A program made the translations under genes and the position numbers. The notes beneath the pieces were generated by a model. It did not search any database. It worked only from the letters and a program-made list of their open reading frames with translations, and was not told where the DNA came from. A stretch of 32,000 nt of DNA from Wolbachia endosymbiont of Cimex lectularius (GTDB lineage: Bacteria > Pseudomonadota > Alphaproteobacteria > Rickettsiales > Anaplasmataceae), in NCBI RefSeq assembly GCF_000829315.1, contig NZ_AP013028.1, positions 120,001 through 152,000 on the forward strand, given 5' to 3'. This document shows, piece by piece, positions 29,718 through 32,000 of the stretch (position 1 is the first letter of the stretch; each line of letters begins with the position of its first letter).

Positions 29718-30579
29718 AGAACCTGTTTAAAATCTTGGAAATGTGAGGTAAAGTAAGCATAGATTAATAATGAGGTGTCTATGCAGAAAAGTTATCCAAG
29801 TAATATAAGTCAAGAGCAGTTTGAAAAAATCAGGCCAATTTTGGAGAGTAGCAAGCAGAAAACAAAACCAAGAAAACTTGATTTGTATGACGTATTTTGT
29901 GGGGTGTTGTACGTCTTAAAAAGTGGTTGTCAGTGGAGGATGTTACCAAAGGGTTTTCCAAGATGGGAAAGCGTATATTACTATTTTCGAGTGTGGAGTA
30001 AAAAGAATGGAGAAGAGCCAAGCTTGTTGGAATTAGTCTTAAAAAAAATTAGTTGGAGAGGCCCGTATCAGCAATGGTCGGAAAGAGAAAACTAGCTTTT
30101 GTATAATTGATTCTCAAAGCGTTAAAAACGCAGATACTGCTGAAAAAAAAGGCTATGATGCAGGTAAAAAGATTTCAGGGATAAAGCGCCATATTGCAGT
30201 TGATACACAAGGTTTGCCACATGCAATTTATGTAACAACGGCAGAAGCAACTGACCGTAGCAGTGCTGTGAAAATGGTCGAAAATGCTAAAGCAAACCTC
30301 TCTGAAGTTAAAAACATACTGGTTGATGCTGGCTACACAGGAGAAAATTTTGCAACACAAATAAAAGCTATCATTGGTGCGACTGTTGAAGTAATAAAGC
30401 GAAGTGAGTTACACACTTTCGTCGTATTGCCAAAAAGATGGGTTGTTGAACGCTCTTTTGCCTGGTTAGAAAAGTGCAGGCGATTGTGGAAAAATTGCGA
30501 GCGGAAGCTCAACACTAGCTTACAGATGATAGTCCTCTCCTTCATTTCTCTCCTGTTACGAAGATTTTAAACAGGTTCT
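29718..30579 (+). mobile_element. IS5-family insertion sequence, copy 4 (862 bp, full length)
   Basis: Same inverted repeats and ORFs; flanks read CTCTTA|GAACC and GGTTC|TAAGC, so the putative 3-bp duplication is TTA versus TAA. Confidence 0.95.
29775..30570 (+). CDS. IS5-family transposase, two overlapping frames (29775..30095; orfB ATG at 30214)
   Basis: Same transposase as copy 3, both frames intact. Confidence 0.85.
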
Positions 30580-31280
30580 AAGCGTATTGCAGATTCTATC
30601 CTAGATTTCATAGCAGATTTTATTGCCGGCAGCACAGAAGAATTATCTGCTTTAGCAATCTTGATTGTGTCGTTAACCACCTCTCTTATCCCTTTTTGCT
30701 GAAGTAATTCTTGCACAAGTTGAGACTCCATTGGGTGTTCACCACTATGAGCAAATTCTTTTAAGGAACCACCAAGACGATCTGCTGCAGTGCTGGCACC
30801 TTCTTTTGCTTTACCTTTAATGTACACAACACCAGCTTTAATTTTCCTGGCAGTATATTCCGCCCCTTCAACTGTTTTTTCTGCAGCATATTTGAAGCCT
30901 GCTTTTATTTCTGCCCTATATCTCCATGCTGCGTAAGAAACACCAACCAAAACAGCAGCTCCTATTATTGCTCCAACTACAATTCCAATTACTGGTGATG
31001 CAGCGGCTGTAGCTGTTCCTGCAGTTGCAAAAGCAGAAGCAATTGTTGACCAGTTGGTTGGAATAATATAACCTATCAAGCCAATTACTCCCAGCCTGAT
31101 AATACCACTATTTAACTGGTTCTGCTTTCTTAACGACTTTATTTCTTTCCCTAACGATTCTATTTTTTGCCCTAATGGATCCTTTGAAAAAGAATTTTCA
31201 GTCTGAGTTCCAACAGAACCTGGATTATTGTCATTAGTAACTAATGTTCTTTCTGAATTATTTGACATTTTAAACCTCAC
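30567..31280 (-). CDS. Hypothetical protein with Gly/Ala-rich hydrophobic segments, C-terminus replaced by IS copy 4
   Basis: 237 aa; LNSGIIRLGVIGLIGYIIP and AAASPVIGIVVGAIIGAAVLVGVSYAAW; last residues EPV and the stop are encoded by the IS terminal repeat. Confidence 0.7.
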   Translation of the reverse strand: MRFKMSNNSERTLVTNDNNPGSVGTQTENSFSKDPLGQKIESLGKEIKSLRKQNQLNSGIIRLGVIGLIGYIIPTNWSTIASAFATAGTATAAASPVIGIVVGAIIGAAVLVGVSYAAWRYRAEIKAGFKYAAEKTVEGAEYTARKIKAGVVYIKGKAKEGASTAADRLGGSLKEFAHSGEHPMESQLVQELLQQKGIREVVNDTIKIAKADNSSVLPAIKSAMKSRIESAIRLEPV

Positions 31281-31411
31281 TATTAATTAAACATATTAAT
31301 ATTGTACATCCTCAATTCTTAAATTAGTGATAATTTGACTGTCAGTGTGCATTTGCCTGCAAATAATTTTGCTTGACGCTGGTACAACAAGGATGAAGGG
31401 ACTGGGATTGT

Positions 31412-31621
31412 ATGGGGTATAGAAAAAAATTGTTTCTTTTACTGGCTGCTGTAATTTTAGCGATTCTATTATTAAAAGATTATAGTGGTTCTCACAAAGA
31501 TATAGTGCACCTCAAAAACGACAACAAGGAATTTAAAAGAAGACCAGAAAATTCTATAGAGTCAACCATATTACATAGAGAAAAGGAAGTGTATGATCAT
31601 GTTCTCCAATCTGATAATTAA
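31412..31621 (+). CDS. Small hypothetical single-TM protein
   Basis: 69 aa, KKLFLLLAAVILAILLLKDY near the N-terminus. Confidence 0.45.
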   Translation: MGYRKKLFLLLAAVILAILLLKDYSGSHKDIVHLKNDNKEFKRRPENSIESTILHREKEVYDHVLQSDN

Positions 31622-31695
31622 TTCGTAAATAAAATAGTCTTGCATTTTCCTACTAAAGAAGTAATATTAGCGTATTAGTTATAGAATTAATCATT

Positions 31696-32000
31696 ATGTT
31701 TGATGAGAACAATCCTTGGAATCTTGGAAAGAAACCGATAAGGAATAAAACTCCTAATAATGAAGATATTTTAAGTAAAATTATATCCGAGATAAGGTAC
31801 TTTTTTAATGTCCTAACAAGAAACAGCGGCAAAAAGCCTTATTTAATTATTTTTGTTATTTTGTTCTTCTATGCTTGCACTGGCTTCTATATTGTCCACC
31901 CAAGTGAGGAAGGCATAGAACTTACTTTTGGCAAATATTCTAATACAGAAACACCTGGTTTGCGCTATCACTTTCCTTACCCTATTGGCAAGGTCTTTAA
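31696..32000 (+). CDS. hflK: HflK-like FtsH protease modulator, 5' part only (runs off the window)
   Basis: MFDENNPWNLGKKPIRNKTPNNED...FVILFFYACTGFYIVHPSEEGIELTFGKYSNTETPGLRYHFPYPIGKVF. Confidence 0.85.
   Translation, partial: MFDENNPWNLGKKPIRNKTPNNEDILSKIISEIRYFFNVLTRNSGKKPYLIIFVILFFYACTGFYIVHPSEEGIELTFGKYSNTETPGLRYHFPYPIGKVF

Noticed and set aside
7709-30579. Identification of the IS as ISWpi1
   Set aside because: The family (IS5-like, Wolbachia) fits, but the exact ISfinder name cannot be verified without a database comparison, so it is left unnamed.

Overview
The window looks like a Wolbachia-type (Anaplasmataceae) chromosome: AT-rich, with housekeeping genes broken up by insertion sequences (IS), palindromic elements and decaying accessory genes. 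Identifiable genes are a glycerol-1-phosphate dehydrogenase-like gene, dprA, a 7Fe/8Fe ferredoxin, ddl, ftsQ, an M23/NlpD-like lipoprotein, leuS, nth, icd, putA, sdhA, tRNA-Gln(UUG), cutA and the 5' end of hflK. Accessory content includes four nearly identical direct copies of an ~862 bp IS5-family element, a nonsense-split AAA ATPase, two tandem damaged Wsp-like outer-membrane protein paralogs, a nonsense-split ankyrin-like protein, and truncated RDD and MFS genes flanking one IS copy. Three signals stand out. (1) A dispersed intergenic repeat family occurs at three loci; each copy starts with AAAAAACTACTTGACA-N17-TATAAT-like sequence (an exact sigma70 consensus at two loci) followed by conserved T-rich modules, and may be a mobile promoter or small-RNA cassette. 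(2) A ~74 bp palindromic element is inserted in frame in both the dehydrogenase and leuS, encoding the same peptide, [11 protein letters not shown]...WIP.S.TGMT. (3) The tandem Wsp-like paralogs have nearly identical 3' ends but unrelated low-complexity internal segments. No CRISPR array or clear defence system was seen.
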